Positions 13,826 to 27,067 of a DNA stretch of 64,000 nt are shown one piece after another. Position numbers and translations under genes: made by a program. The notes below the pieces were generated by a model that saw only the letters and a program-made list of their open reading frames with translations, did no database searches and was not told the DNA's origin. How positions within the stretch are numbered: position 1 is the first letter of the stretch; each line of letters begins with the position of its first letter. Source of the DNA: Eledone cirrhosa (Eukaryota); the NCBI GenBank assembly GCA_964016885.1, contig OZ024747.1, forward strand, positions 37,076,001 to 37,140,000, read 5' to 3'.

Positions 13826-15539
13826 CAATATATATATTCTGACAAATCTAGCAATCCATGTTCACCAGCAGTTTATTTATGTGTTTCCTTTTGTTTCTTT
13901 TTCGTTAACTATGTTGCATGGATTTGATAAACTTCATTTATTCGAAATCTCTAAGTACATAAATATCCACATCTTTATTCGTTTTCTCTATTGATTTTTC
14001 GTTACAAGCTGATTTCAAATGCTTCCAAGGCGCACATAGCATAGTCTTTAAAAAGCGACATTGAAGAAGCTTTCAAAATAAAAGCTCACCATACATCATC
14101 TGCTTCTAGATCCTCTGTTCATTCACTCATACAAAGAACCAGTTCCGATGTAAATGGCACTGTGCAACATTGACTCGATGTTTATGAGATTGGTTCTCTT
14201 TAGAATCTGTCTTGAGTCAGTAAAGACTGTCTGGAGTTCAAAATCCTCTGACGAAAACGTTTAAGAAACTTTCATGATTATTGTAAAGAGTTGAAATTCA
14301 ATATTGATAGAGAAATGAAGTCAATACACTGGAACGATACTCTACAAACGTTTGCTAACATCCTTATGCCATGTGGACACCAGTCACAAGAATCAAGAGC
14401 CTTGAAAAATCAGTTGCTTTCTTAAGTTTTATAGGTTTTGCACTTACTAAGTAGTGAGAACTGCTGAGTGCCCATTACCAGTTCTGCTCTTTAAAATAAA
14501 ATTGAGTCACGCATGGGATCCCTGGAGCAAGCAGGAGTAGTATGGGTGTGTGTCTGTTCATCTTGTGTGTGCTTGTGTCGTTGTGTTCGTGTCTGTATTT
14601 AAATTTGTGTTTGCCTGTGTTTATGTCGTGTAAATCGTTCAGTAAAATGGAATTCGTAAAATAAGTATCATATTCGAGAAATACGCACTGGAGTCGATCC
14701 TGCAATTTAATGATTAAAAGAATGAAGGAAGGAATAAACTTACGTGAGTCTTGCTGTGGGTATATAAATATAAGCTTTGGTTAGGAAGTCTTGGATTCGT
14801 TGACGCTGCAGGCAACCTAAGCAGAGTCAATTGGGTATGGGTTAGCAAAAGAAACAGTACGAAAGAAAGAGAAAAATAAGTAGAAGGCAGAAGAAAATCA
14901 ATAGCAAAGGGGAAATGGAAAAAATGGACGAAGAAAATGATAGAGGAGAAGACAAGTCAAACGAAAATTAGAATGGAAGAGGAAGAGAGAAAAGAGCTAA
15001 GACTTAGGATATGAGAAGAAAAAGAAGTCTATAAGGAAAATGAGAGGAAAGCTTTGAAAAAAGAAGAGGAATATAAAAAAAGAACAGTATATTAAACATT
15101 GCAGACAAAAGATATAGCGGAAGAGGTCTTTTAGTCCGGGATTCTATTGAACTAGTGTCTTTTATTAGCAAAAGTCAATTGTGTTTACTGGAGTGTAAAG
15201 AATGTTAATGTCTATATATCCTCTGTCTTGATTAATTGCTTGATCTAAAGTAGTTTGGAGACGGTAGCTTGTTGCTTACCAGCTTAAATAATGGTATTTT
15301 ATGTTTCAGACAAACAACCTAACACGCATACGCACAACCTACTACCTACATATATAGATGAATGCATATACGCATTAAGTCACGTACATAGCGCTTAAGT
15401 ACACGTATACATGCACCCATGCATGACCATTATTATATACAAGTATATACGTATTCATGTACTCACACATAGATACATTCACAGATATATATTTGTGTAT
15501 GTGTGCTGTGTGTGTGCTTTTTTATATATATATATATAT

Positions 15540-15648
<109 letters not shown>

Positions 15649-15805
15649 CAGCAGAATGCCGGACAGGAACAATTCTTTTTAACATCAACGATGAATGAGC
15701 TGCATAACGTAGGGAGCTTTTCTTACAGTCATACTATTACATGGTTTACTAACCGAAATGACCAGTTCTACCCACTGGTGAACCACACAATATATATATA
15801 TATGT

Positions 15806-16928
15806 ATGTCGCAGCCACCTCGTCCGCAGCTCTCTATCCCCAACCCCCGTTCCACCTCGGATCCCTTCCCTGCTGTCACACATGCCTCCACATCACCAAC
15901 ACCACTACCTTCCAGGGACCCAACGGCCTCTCCCTCTCTGTCCGTCATTCCTTTCGCTGCACCTCCTCCACCCTTGTCTACGGACTCCGCTGCACGGAGT
16001 GCGGCGCCACCTATGTCGAACAGACGCAACGCCGTTTGGCCGACCGATTCGCCGAATACCTCCGCGTCATCCGCCTCGGCTCGTGTTCCCCATCACCCTT
16101 CTGCTCAGCCGGACATTCCGTTCGCAACTTGACCGTCTGCGGCCGGATTGAGTGCCCTGGAATCCCGGATGCCTGACTGAGGGCCGAACAACGCACGATT
16201 TTCCAAGTAGAGACATGCACGGCCCCCGGATTGAACTTCCCATCCTTCATCCTTCATCCCCCGACTCACCCCACTAAACACCACCGACCATCCTACCACT
16301 AACCTCACTAACCTACCTACCCCACCTCCTCTTGCCTCCAACCCCCACCACCTACACCCTCATCTCATCCCATCCGACCCCCTCCATCACCACACAGATA
16401 CATACACACCATCACCCATACAGGGGCTCTACACGGACAGACATACTCTCTACCCCAACACACACACAATGGCTTTTCAAAACCCACATTCACATACACT
16501 CGCTTCCTTCCAGACTCTCACACTTACATCTACACATACACACACACACTTACATCTACATATACACACACACACACTTACATCTACACATACACACGCA
16601 CACTTACATCTACATATACACACACATCTTAGCTGCCGACATCCCCGCACGGACTCTGATTTTGTTGCTTCCCCCAACCCTTTCTCTTTCCCCTCTCCTC
16701 CTCCACCCATCCCTATACACACTACCACACCCTTGCCATCCCGAACCTGTACATCCCACCCACCCCCTTTATTTTCATTTCTTTTTTTATTCTGTTTTTA
16801 TTTAGTTTTGCCCAACCCACACAGTTAATTTTTCTTTTATTTATCTATTTTAGTGTTTGAAACAAAACCACAATTTTTAATTCATTATAGTACATTTATT
16901 CCTCATAGTGATAATACCCCTTAAGGAT
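15806..16928 (+). mobile_element. 5'-truncated Penelope-like element (Neptune-type): GIY-YIG endonuclease remnant + 3' UTR
   Basis: PCCHTCLHITNTTTFQGP...FRCTSSTLVYGLRCTECGATYVEQTQRRLADRFAEYLR = Cys linker + GIY-YIG; flanked by (TA)n. Confidence 0.85.
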
Positions 16929-16949
16929 ATATATATATAGATAGGTTAC

Positions 16950-19900
16950 AATGCCCTACCCTAACCTAACCTACTTCCCTTCTGTTTCTCCCCTTTTCTT
17001 TTCTCTCATTTCGGCAAACCGTTGGCCAGCAAACCAGCAACAGCACAAACAACAAGACCAGTAGCAGCAGCAGCAGCAGCAGCAGCGGCGGCAACAATAC
17101 GCCACTGAAAAAGGGACCATCTCTTTTGCTGGGGTGGCTCGCAACGTAGAAACATTCCTGATCACATAGGAGGAGATGGCGGTCGCAAGACATGTGGTAA
17201 CCAGAACTGAATTTCAGTGCCCTTGAAACCAACCGACTTCCTGGAGGAACAAGAGCGACGCAGAGTGTCATACCGCACAATTGCAGCCATTGGAACCAGA
17301 ACAGTCGGTGAAAAAGTCGGGAGCTTCTACAGAGAGAAGAAGGACAATGTCTGAGGCACCCACACTACAGCCACGGACAACAACAACAGAGACGGCAGCT
17401 GCAGCAACATAAACTGTTTCATTAGCTGCACCTGTGCCAGAAGTGGCATACCGGGCACCACCACCACCACCACAACCACCAACTACAACAACAAAGACAA
17501 ATGAGAGGGTAGAACATATACCCCTCCCCGACCTCTCACAGTCGGACATGGAGTATGAGGCGGCAGAGGAGTGTAAAACGGTTGGCAAAAAAACAAACAA
17601 ACAAACGCAAAAACACCACGGCTTCGCCCTCCAAAAGCGAGGGCAAAGAAAGATGGGTAAAGGCTGCAAAGTGACTTGCAGTAACACCGCCACCATCACC
17701 ATCACCAACATCACCACCAACAACAACCACCACCAGCATCACAACAAAGACCAACATCGTAAACACAACAAAGCACACACACCCAACAGCAACAAGAAAA
17801 CAGCCCCCCCCCCCCCCCAAAAAAAAAGATTTCACAGCCATAAACATGGCAGACAAAGTATTAATGGAACATATAAAGCAGCACACAGACATTGACGACA
17901 TAAATCCCCAAAACCTACCAACACCGGGAACATTATCAAAAAATATAAACATCATACAAATCAAATTAGAAGACTATAAACTTTTCAAAGAAAAATTCCC
18001 AACTGCGTTGGGAATTTCAGGAGGTCACACTCCAAGATAATATACATAGATATCATCTTGGAGACACGATGACCAGCCGAAGGGATGGTTCTACTGTCCC
18101 TTCCCTACACGATCAAGGTAAGTGACCCTTTCTCACTTACCCCGTTCCTCATCCAACATGGCAGTACTTAGAATAGGCAGTATAAATGTACGTGGTCTGG
18201 GGTCATCCTATAAGCAGGCTGACTTGCTCAACGACCTCAGGTAACAAAACATAGATGTGGTGGCCATCAGCGAAACCAGAATCTCCGAAGCACGAGCCTT
18301 CGTACCGATCTTCGGCGGATACGCATCTTCCAACCGTCCAGGATCGGGAGGAGGGGTTGCCGTCCTTTTTCGGAGAGGCTTGGATCTCGCCATACGGGCC
18401 ATCTTCCTAGACCCAGAAGGTAAGTATGTGGTGCTGGACGTGACCGGCAGCGAAGGCAATGCTTTCAGGCTAGTAACCCTCTACGCCCCAACAGGGGCAG
18501 GACGGCTAGATTTCTTCAGACGTCTAGAGACCTTTCTTGGAACGTCCCGCACTTTAGTGTTAGTGGGCGACTGGAACGGTATCTTGGATGCACGCTGGGA
18601 TTGTGTGGGGCTAGTGGATAGGGAAGGAGGGTTCAAGAGCCTCACCAACCTGCTCAGATGTTTTGAACTGTCTGACAGGTATCGACTGGATCACCCGAAT
18701 GTGCCAATGTGGACATGGACAAACCACATCGTGTCATCCAGATCGTATCTCGATAGGGTATTCTGCAGAGAACTAGAGAATGCTAGTATAAGTTGTCCAC
18801 AATTGAAAATAGTCGACTACACAGACCACAAATTTGTGATCTGTGAGATCGACATAGACAGACTTCATAGACAAGGGCCCGGTTAATGGAAGCTGAACGC
18901 GTCTTTCCCGGCGCGCAATGCCTACAGAGACCGGATTAGCGTATTAGTTAAGTGGGCGTTGACGGGAGCGGTCGTCAACAACAGGTGGTGGTTCGCCCTG
19001 AAAAGGGCTATTAGAGTAGAATCGATATAGTTTAGCAAAGAGGTAGTGATAGAGGAAAATAGAGTAGAGGGAGAGTTAGTTAGAAAGCTAGAAGAGGCGT
19101 TTAGGACAGGCATCGCAACCGACGTGCTTGCGGCGAGATTGGCACTGGACCAATTCTTAAACGCAAAGCATGAAGGCTGCGTTGTCAGAGCTGGAGCGCG
19201 TGTTCTAAGACACGGGGGGACGAAAGCCGTACAATGGGCCCGGGTGGCGAAGGCGCGACGTGGCAACAAAGCCACAATTCGGTCTTTGCCTGGTCAAAAC
19301 GGGCGCATGTTGCTCGAACCTAAGCAGATGTGTTCGGCTTTTCAACAGCACTTTGCTCGATGGTTCGGGAGCGGCGGGCCGGATCGGAGTATAGAGTTCG
19401 GTGCATACCTTGACGGACTGTCGTGGCTCTCGACGACCGCAGCGCAGTGCTGCGAAAAGCCAATAACAGCAGGTGAAATACGGGAAGCGATGTCTGACTG
19501 CACAAGGGGTAAATCGCCAGGTTTGGTTACGAGCTTTATGGGTATATGCCAGACTTCTTCCGCGACCTCTTGGCAGATGTCTACTGCAACAGGCAGCAGA
19601 ACAGGAGCATTCCCAGTTTTATGAGCCGGGGAGCGGTGGCGCTGCTGAGAAAAAACCCGAACAAGGGGGACGTTATAGAAAACTTCATGCCCATAACAGT
19701 GCGAAACAGAGTTTAAGATTTTGGCCAAGTTGTTAGCAAAGAGATTGGCGCTTGTCATCGGTGATCTGGTGGGAGAGGCGCAGACATCCGCCATTCCGGA
19801 CAGATCCAGCTCATGCGATACATCGTAGAGAGGGTGGTTAAGGAACCTGGCACAGGTGGGGACATGATCAACTTGGATTAATCTAAAGCATTTGATAGGG

Positions 19901-21724
19901 TCGACCATCTGTACCTGGCTGCATTCTTCGAGGCGGCCGACTTCAGGCTCGTTTTTAGGGCCTGGACCGCTGCGATGCACAACGACATCTGCTCGATCGT
20001 GAGGGTGAATGGTCACCTGTCGCAGCCGTTCAGCATCACGCGCTCGGCCCGCCAGGGATCTCCCCTCTCGTCCCTCTTGTACGTATTGACCCTAGAGCTG
20101 TGTCAGCTTACGCCGACGACATCACCCTGGTGGTGTCGAACACCAAACACGTCCATCCAGATGCTCGGCACCGCTCTAAAGGAAGGCGAAGCGGTGACAA
20201 AAGATAAACCAGGAAAAGTCGGTGGGCTTGCAACTCGGCACCTGGAGAAGCATGTCCATGCCATCCGACAGCGTCATGGGGCACTGGACGGAAGGACCGG
20301 TTAATTTGCTCGGTGTCTGGTTCGGTCCGCACCCCGAGATGAAGAAAAACTGGAGCGAGGTGACGAGCAGAGTGCCTCTCTCACCCAGAAATGGGCCGAG
20401 AGGAGGCTGTCTCTGAAAGGTCGGGTGGAGATGGCGAATGCGTACAACGCGTCTGTCATCTACTACCGCCTGACTTTCGTACCTTGTCCCCGCCCAGTTC
20501 TGACCAAAATGAAGCGCCTTCTCTTCCGCTTTTTGTGGAAGGGACGTGCTCCCATGGACAGACGATACATTTGCTGTCAACACTCGTTGCGTGGAGGACC
20601 AGGCATGCCGTGGCTGATGATGCGCAAACATGCGCTGAGGCTGCGACATCTCTGGTGCTTCCTTGACGGTGAACAGGTGTGGTCGCCGTTTGCCAGACGC
20701 TTTTTTCCCCAGCTTGTCTCCTTGACGGAGCTGCAGTCCTTGATCAGGAAAAGACCGAGAGATAGCGCTTGGAAGCTGGAATGTCTCCAAGCGCTCACCG
20801 TCCTCTACCAGCTAGGCACTCGTATCGGTGGAACATCCACCTCGGCGTTCTATAGATGGCTAGTGGAGAGAAAGAGCGATGACGTTCTCGGGGAGACCCT
20901 GGGCGACGAAGACGATCAGCTGTTCGCTCTCTTCAAGAGAACTTTCAGAACGGGGCCGATGGACAACTTCCAGAAATCCCCGGCCTGGCAGTGCTACCGG
21001 GGAGCGTTGCCGGTTCGGGATAAGCTCTACAGGTACGGAGGTGTTGTCAGCCGAGCCTGTCTGGGATGCGAGCAGGGCGACGAAACCGTGCTACACGCAC
21101 TCGTTCAGTGTGCGAGGATTGCTGACTTGTGCAGCTATGTCGAACAGCTGCTGTCGCGTGTAGGACGGATCCGGTTATCGACTCTCCTCATTGTGCAGAT
21201 AGCCACGCCATCCCCCTTTAAAGAGGGGGAAGGGCAGGCAGTTTTCATCTGCCTGGTGGCCATGGCGAAAGAGATTGTGTGGTGGACAAGGCTGAAAGGG
21301 TTGAAGACGGGCGCTTTCCTCTTCGGCCAATCCCTGATTAACTTTTTCAAATTTCACTTGAAGAGGGAAATTAAGTTGGAGCGGCAAGTGCTGTCTTCTA
21401 GTAAGTTTGTTGAAAGGTGGGTGAAAGTGGCGAGTCTGGTCCGAGTGAACGGGCCCGCTCTGAGTATGCGCCTGTAGACTGAGGAGTGGGAAAAGTGAGA
21501 GACGGCGCTTGCCCTATGGTGGTCAGGGTGGCTGTGGTCGTTTGTGTGGTCTCTCAGAAGTTTTTTGTCATTTGAATTTTTTTTATATTTCTATCTTGTT
21601 TATAACCTTATTTACACGGCCAAAATCCACTTTGTATCGTCCCGTACCGTTCTGTGCCGTCTGTAAATATGTTCTTCATGTTAGCCTTTGTGGCCAATAA
21701 AGAAACCATTATTATTATTATTAA

Positions 21725-21758
<34 letters not shown>
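16950..21758 (+). mobile_element. Tx1/L1-clade LINE, copy 2 (degenerate) with (ATT)n tail
   Basis: Collinear with copy 3; AATAAAGAAACC(ATT)n at 21696-21758; 5' boundary approximate. Confidence 0.9.
18158..21477 (+). pseudogene. Tx1/L1 ORF2 pseudogene with multiple stops and frameshifts
   Basis: Fragments 18257-18886, 19046-19624, 19975-20304 and 20425-21477 match consecutive parts of the 1138-aa ORF at 23392. Confidence 0.93.
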
Positions 21759-21976
21759 GAATGCTATGGTTGACGGAGGCTCGGCTCTGTAAGGTATTGT
21801 AAATTTTGAACGCTATAACAATTGTAAATTGTTTAAAACTTTTACCAACTTGTAGACAAAAACACCCTCCTCCTCGTGAGAGGGGTCTTTCTACCCGTGA
21901 TTTGGCCCTTCGGGGTTAAATAACTGCTTATTGGGGTTTTGTGCCCAATATTTATTTTAAACAAAAAAAAAACAAC

Positions 21977-23356
21977 ATGGCTACGAAAAAGAATTTTCAT
22001 AGGTCACTCCCACTCATTCCATCTTCTTCTTCCTCAATCGTCACTACAGCAGAGAGAAGATTCTCTCTCTCCCCCCCTTCTTTAAATGTGTCTCTCTCCC
22101 TCCCTTCTCTTTCGCAAGCGACGACAGAAAAGAAAAGTCTCGTGCAAAGCGTGCAAGATTTCTCCACGACGACAACGACGACGAAACAGGTGTGCGGGAA
22201 ATACGAAAACCCATTTCATTCGTCTGACGTCAGGAATAATAGCAGTAGCAGCCGTAATAACAACAGCAACAGTGACAATGAAAACAACAGTAGCAGCCGC
22301 AACAGCATCAGCAGCAGCATGAACAACAACAGCATTAGCAGCAGCAACAACAACAACAACCACAGCAGCAGCGGCGGCGGCAGTAGTCGTAGTACCTGCA
22401 GCAACAACAAAAGTAACAGCAGCTCTGACGACAACAACAACAACAACAGCAGCAAAGAAAAACCAGCTCGTTTGCAGGTATCGCGAAGAACCTGGAAACA
22501 ATCCTCATAACAAATGAGGAATTAGAGGAAGCGAAGAGGATGGTGACAAAAACTGGACACCGAGCAATCTGCAAGGCAGCGGAAAAATGTTTCGAAACCC
22601 AAGAGCACTGTACGGTCACGTACCGTACAGTAAGTACAAAATCACGTAGGGTGGAAAGAGCCACAGAGGCTCAAATACAAAAAGCCTTGGGGTCTGTGTG
22701 GCAGCGGAAAACACACATCACCCGAGGCAAGAAATATGCCACCGTAGACGTACATTTTGCCACACCCCAGGAGGCAAAGGCTCAATCCGTAGTGACCCTA
22801 AGGAGCGAGGAAATGGTGTTGGTGCCCTCCTACTGCGGGCAAAAAATTGTGAGGGTCAAACTGACCCACGTCCCCCGTCCCCTCGCCAACAACAACAACA
22901 CCTTCAACACCACCACCACAAGCACCAACATCGCAAACACAACAACAAAACACACACACCCAGCAACAACGACAAGAAAATAGCAGAACCACACCCCACC
23001 CCCAGAAAAACAAATGCACGGCAATAAATACACACAACAAGAAACTAATGACTTACATAATTGAACACACAGACATTTCACAACAGGACTACATAATACC
23101 AGCACCAATCAAAACGCCAACTAACATAAGACTGCTAAAAATAGCACAGAAACAATACACAAACATTAAAACAAAATTCCCCAACGCAGTTGGTGATTTC
23201 AGGGACCTAGGAGGAACCATCAATCGAAGAGTATACTCAGACATTCTCTTAGAAGAGCCGACGACCAGCCGAAAGGACGATTCAACGGTCCCTTCACCAG
23301 ACGATCAAGTGAAAAGGGATGTAAAAACCATCCCTCCTCTACCAAAAGTACGGTAA
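21977..23356 (+). pseudogene. Tx1/L1 ORF1, frameshifted and apparently lacking the zinc knuckle
   Basis: Three frame pieces; TVTYRTVS...RGKKYATVDVHF...PSYCGQK parallels copy 1 AVTFRTVS...RGKEYGSVSVLF...PTYMGKR. Confidence 0.8.
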
Positions 23357-23391
23357 GTGGTCTTTCCCATCTTTTCCACTCTATTTTAAAC

Positions 23392-26300
23392 ATGACCTCA
23401 CTCAGAATAGGCAGCATAAATGCGCGTGGCTTGGGGTCGTCATGGAAGCAGGGTCACCTGCTCAACGACCTCAGGTCACTAAACATAGATGTAGTGGCCA
23501 TCAGCGAGACCAGAATCTCCGAAGCACGGGCCTTCGCACCGATCTTCGGCGGCTACGATGTGTACGCATCTCCCAGCCGCCCTGGATCCGGTGGAGAAGT
23601 TGCTGTGCTTTTTCGGAGAGGTTTGGATCTCGCCATACGGGCCATCTTCCTGGACCCAGAGGGTAAGCTGGTGGTGCTGGACGTGACCAGAGGAGACGGG
23701 CAAGCTTTCAGGCTAGTGGCCGTCTATGCCCCGACAGGAGCAGGGCGGCCTGATTTCTTCCGGCGTCTGGAGACCTTTCTTGGAACGTCCCGCTCTTTAG
23801 TGTTAGTGGGCGACTGGAACGGGGTCTTAGATGCACGCTGGGACTGTGTGGGATTAGCGGATAGGGGTGGAGGGTGCAAGAGCCTCACCAACCTGCTCAG
23901 GCGTTTTGAACTGTCTGACAGGTACCGATTGGATTTCCCGAATGTGCCAATGTGGACTTGGACAAACCGCATAGGGTCATCCAGATCATATCTAGATAGA
24001 GTATTTTGTAGGGAAATAGATAGGTCTAGCATAGGCTCTCCACAATTCAAGATAGTCAGCTACACGGACTACAAATTCGTGATCTGTGTGCTTGACTTAG
24101 ATAGGCTTCATAGACGAGGACCCGGCTACTGGAAGCTAAACGCGTCCTTACCAGCGCGCAAGGCCTACAGAGACCGGATTAGCGAACTAGTTAAGCGGGC
24201 GTTGACGGGGGCCATCGTCAACAACAAGTGGTGGTTTGCTCTGAAAAGAGCGATTAGAATAGAATCGATTAGGCTTAGTAAGGCTTTGGCAATAGAGAAA
24301 AATAGAGCAGAGGGAGAACTAGTTAGAAAATTAGACGAGGCGCTTAGCAAAGGCATTGCGACCGACGTGCTTGCGGCGAAATTGGCCCTTGACCAATTCT
24401 TCAATGCAAAGCACGAAGGCTGCGTTGTCAGAGCAAGGGTGCGTGCTCTCAGACACGAGGGGACGAAAGCCTTTCAATGGGTCCGAGTGGCGGAGGCGCG
24501 TCGTGGCAACAAAGCCACGATCCGGTCTTTGGTGGACCACGACGGGCGCATGCTACTCGATCCCGGGCAAATGTGTGAAGCTTTTCAGCGACACTTCGCT
24601 CAGCTGTTCGGGGGCAGCGGTGGGCCGGGTAGAGGGATGGACTTTAGTGTCTACCTCGACGGACTGCCGCGGCTCTCGGCCACTGAGGCGAAGTGTTGCG
24701 AAAAGCCGATAACAGCCGCTGAAGTAAGGGAGGCAATGACTGGCTGCACAAGGGGTAAATCGCCTGGTTTGGATAGTCTGCCCTATGAACTTTACGTACA
24801 GATGCCAGACTTGTTCGGAGGCCTCTTGGCGGACGTCTACTGCAACTGGCAACAGAACGGGAGAATTCCCAGTTCTGTGAGCCGAGGAGCGGTGGCACTG
24901 CTGAGAAAGGATCCGAACAAGGGGGATAACATAGACAATTTCCGGCCCATAACTCTGCTAAACACAGAGTTCAAGATTTTGGCCAAGGTGCTAGCAAAGA
25001 GGTTGGCGCTTGTCGTTGGTGGTCTGGTGGGAGAGGCGCAGACATGCGCCATTCCCGACAGATCCATCCACGACAACCTCCACCTCATGCGATACATCGT
25101 AGAGAGGGTAGCTAAGGAACCTGGCACGGGTGGGTCCTTGATCAATTTAGATCAGTCGAAAGCTTTCGATAGGGTCGACCATCGTTACCTAGCGGCAGTC
25201 CTGAGGGCGGCTGGCTTTGGGCCCGTCTTCAGAGGCTGGATCGCTGCCATGCACAGTGACATCTGCTCTGTGGTGAGAGTGAACGGTCACCTGTCGGAAC
25301 CGTTCAACATCATGCGCTCGGTCCGCCAAGGATGTCCCCTCTCGTCCCTCTTGTACGTATTGACTCTCGAGCCATTACTGCACAAACTGGAGACGTTAAG
25401 GGGAGTCCCGCGCGAACTAGGATGCGGAAGATCCGTGTCAGCATATGCGGACGATGTCACCGTAGTGGTGTCGAACGCCAAACACATCGAGGCGATCGGC
25501 ACTACACTAAGAGAATACGAAGCGGTGACAGGAGCAATGATCAACCAGGAAAAGTCAGTGGGCCTGCAGCTCGGCACCTGGAGAGGCAGGTCCATGCCGT
25601 CCAACAGCGTCGTCGGACGCTGGACGGACGGACCGGTTAAATTGCTAGGGGTCTGGTTCGGTCCGGACCTCCAGACGGACAAAAACTGGGACGAGGTGAC
25701 GAGCAGGGTGGCTTCTCTCACCCAGAAATGGGCGGAGAGGAAGCTATCCCTGAAAGGTCGAGCGGAGGTGGCTAACGCGTACATCGCTGTCATCTGCTAC
25801 CGCCTGACCGTCGTATCTTGTCCTAAGCCTCGCCTGACTGCGCTGGAGCGTTTGCTCTTTCGCTTTTTGTGGAAGGGACGTGCTCCGATGGTCAGGCGGT
25901 CCATCTGTTGTCAACACCCGCTACGTGGAGGGCTGGGCATGCCGTGGCTGATGATGCGCAGGCACACGCTCAGGCTACGACATCTCTACCTCTTCCTCGA
26001 CGGTGATCAGGTGTGGTCGCCGTTTGCTAGGCGCGTATTTCCCCAGCTCGTTTCCTTGACGGAGCTGCAGTCCTGGGTCAAGCGAAGACCGAGAGGGAGC
26101 GCCTGGAGACTGGAATGTCTTCAGGCGCTCACAGCCCTCGACCAATCGGGCAATGTGATCGGTGGAAACTCCACCTCGGCGTTCTATAGAGGATTAGTGG
26201 AGGGTAAGAGCGACGACGTACTTGGAGAAACTCTAGGCGTCGACGAAAATCAACTAGCCAATCTCTTCGGAAGAACTTTCGGGCCGGGGCCTATGGACAA

Positions 26301-26808
26301 CTTCCAGAAATCTCTGGCCTGGCAGTGCTACCGAGGAGCCTTGCCAGTTCGGGATAAACTCTACAGGCATGGAGGTGCCGTCAGCCGGGCATGTCCCAGA
26401 TGCGCGCAGGGCGACGAAACCGTCCTGCACGCACTCGTCCAGTGTCCGAAAATTGCTGACTTGTGGGTTTATGTCGAACACCTGCTGTCGCGTTTAGGAC
26501 GGATCCAGCTATCATCTGAGTCCATCGTGAGGATTGCCCCGCCCTCCTCCTTTAGCCGGGAAGGGCAGGCAGTTTTTATCTGTCTGATGGCCATGGCGAA
26601 AGAGATAGTATGGTGGACACGTTTGAAAGGGCTGAAGACGAGCACTTACCTCTTCGGTGATGCTCTGATTGACTTTTTCAAATTTCATTTGAAAAGGAAA
26701 ATCAGAGTAGAGGGAGAAGTGCTCTCTTCCCAGCATTTTGTTGAAAGATGGGTGAGAGAAGCAAGAATGGCCCGAGTGAATGGGCCTACTTTGAGTATAT
26801 ATCTGTAA
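23392..26808 (+). CDS. Tx1/L1 ORF2: APE endonuclease, reverse transcriptase, C-terminal CCHC zinc finger (1138 aa, uninterrupted)
   Basis: SINARG, ISET, GDWN, SYLDRVF, YWKLN, FRPITLLN, DQSKAFD, RQGCPLS, YADD, CPRCAQGDETVLHALVQC. Confidence 0.96.
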   Translation: MTSLRIGSINARGLGSSWKQGHLLNDLRSLNIDVVAISETRISEARAFAPIFGGYDVYASPSRPGSGGEVAVLFRRGLDLAIRAIFLDPEGKLVVLDVTRGDGQAFRLVAVYAPTGAGRPDFFRRLETFLGTSRSLVLVGDWNGVLDARWDCVGLADRGGGCKSLTNLLRRFELSDRYRLDFPNVPMWTWTNRIGSSRSYLDRVFCREIDRSSIGSPQFKIVSYTDYKFVICVLDLDRLHRRGPGYWKLNASLPARKAYRDRISELVKRALTGAIVNNKWWFALKRAIRIESIRLSKALAIEKNRAEGELVRKLDEALSKGIATDVLAAKLALDQFFNAKHEGCVVRARVRALRHEGTKAFQWVRVAEARRGNKATIRSLVDHDGRMLLDPGQMCEAFQRHFAQLFGGSGGPGRGMDFSVYLDGLPRLSATEAKCCEKPITAAEVREAMTGCTRGKSPGLDSLPYELYVQMPDLFGGLLADVYCNWQQNGRIPSSVSRGAVALLRKDPNKGDNIDNFRPITLLNTEFKILAKVLAKRLALVVGGLVGEAQTCAIPDRSIHDNLHLMRYIVERVAKEPGTGGSLINLDQSKAFDRVDHRYLAAVLRAAGFGPVFRGWIAAMHSDICSVVRVNGHLSEPFNIMRSVRQGCPLSSLLYVLTLEPLLHKLETLRGVPRELGCGRSVSAYADDVTVVVSNAKHIEAIGTTLREYEAVTGAMINQEKSVGLQLGTWRGRSMPSNSVVGRWTDGPVKLLGVWFGPDLQTDKNWDEVTSRVASLTQKWAERKLSLKGRAEVANAYIAVICYRLTVVSCPKPRLTALERLLFRFLWKGRAPMVRRSICCQHPLRGGLGMPWLMMRRHTLRLRHLYLFLDGDQVWSPFARRVFPQLVSLTELQSWVKRRPRGSAWRLECLQALTALDQSGNVIGGNSTSAFYRGLVEGKSDDVLGETLGVDENQLANLFGRTFGPGPMDNFQKSLAWQCYRGALPVRDKLYRHGGAVSRACPRCAQGDETVLHALVQCPKIADLWVYVEHLLSRLGRIQLSSESIVRIAPPSSFSREGQAVFICLMAMAKEIVWWTRLKGLKTSTYLFGDALIDFFKFHLKRKIRVEGEVLSSQHFVERWVREARMARVNGPTLSIYL

Positions 26809-27067
26809 ATTAAAGGTGGAAAACTGGGAGAGGGCACTTGCCTTGGTGGTCAGGGTCATTGTGGCTTTTTACTGGGCTTTCTCCACAAATGTCCCTCCGA
26901 AGTCTCCCCCCTATTGGGGAATTTTTCATTGTTATTTTCATTGTTATTTTTGTTACATCCTCTGTTTTTGTTTTTTACACGCAGAAATGCCCATTTGTAC
27001 CGTCCTGCATTGTCCTGCACTGTCCTTAATGTCTACTTTATGTAAACCCTTGTGGTTAATAAAGAAA

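Noticed and set aside
16952-16972. ccctaccctaacctaacct telomere-like repeat at the 5' end of Tx1 copy 2
   Set aside because: Only 2-3 imperfect units
23442-26859. Overlapping and antisense ORFs within the LINE ORF2s
   Set aside because: Shadows of GC-rich coding sequence with no motifs
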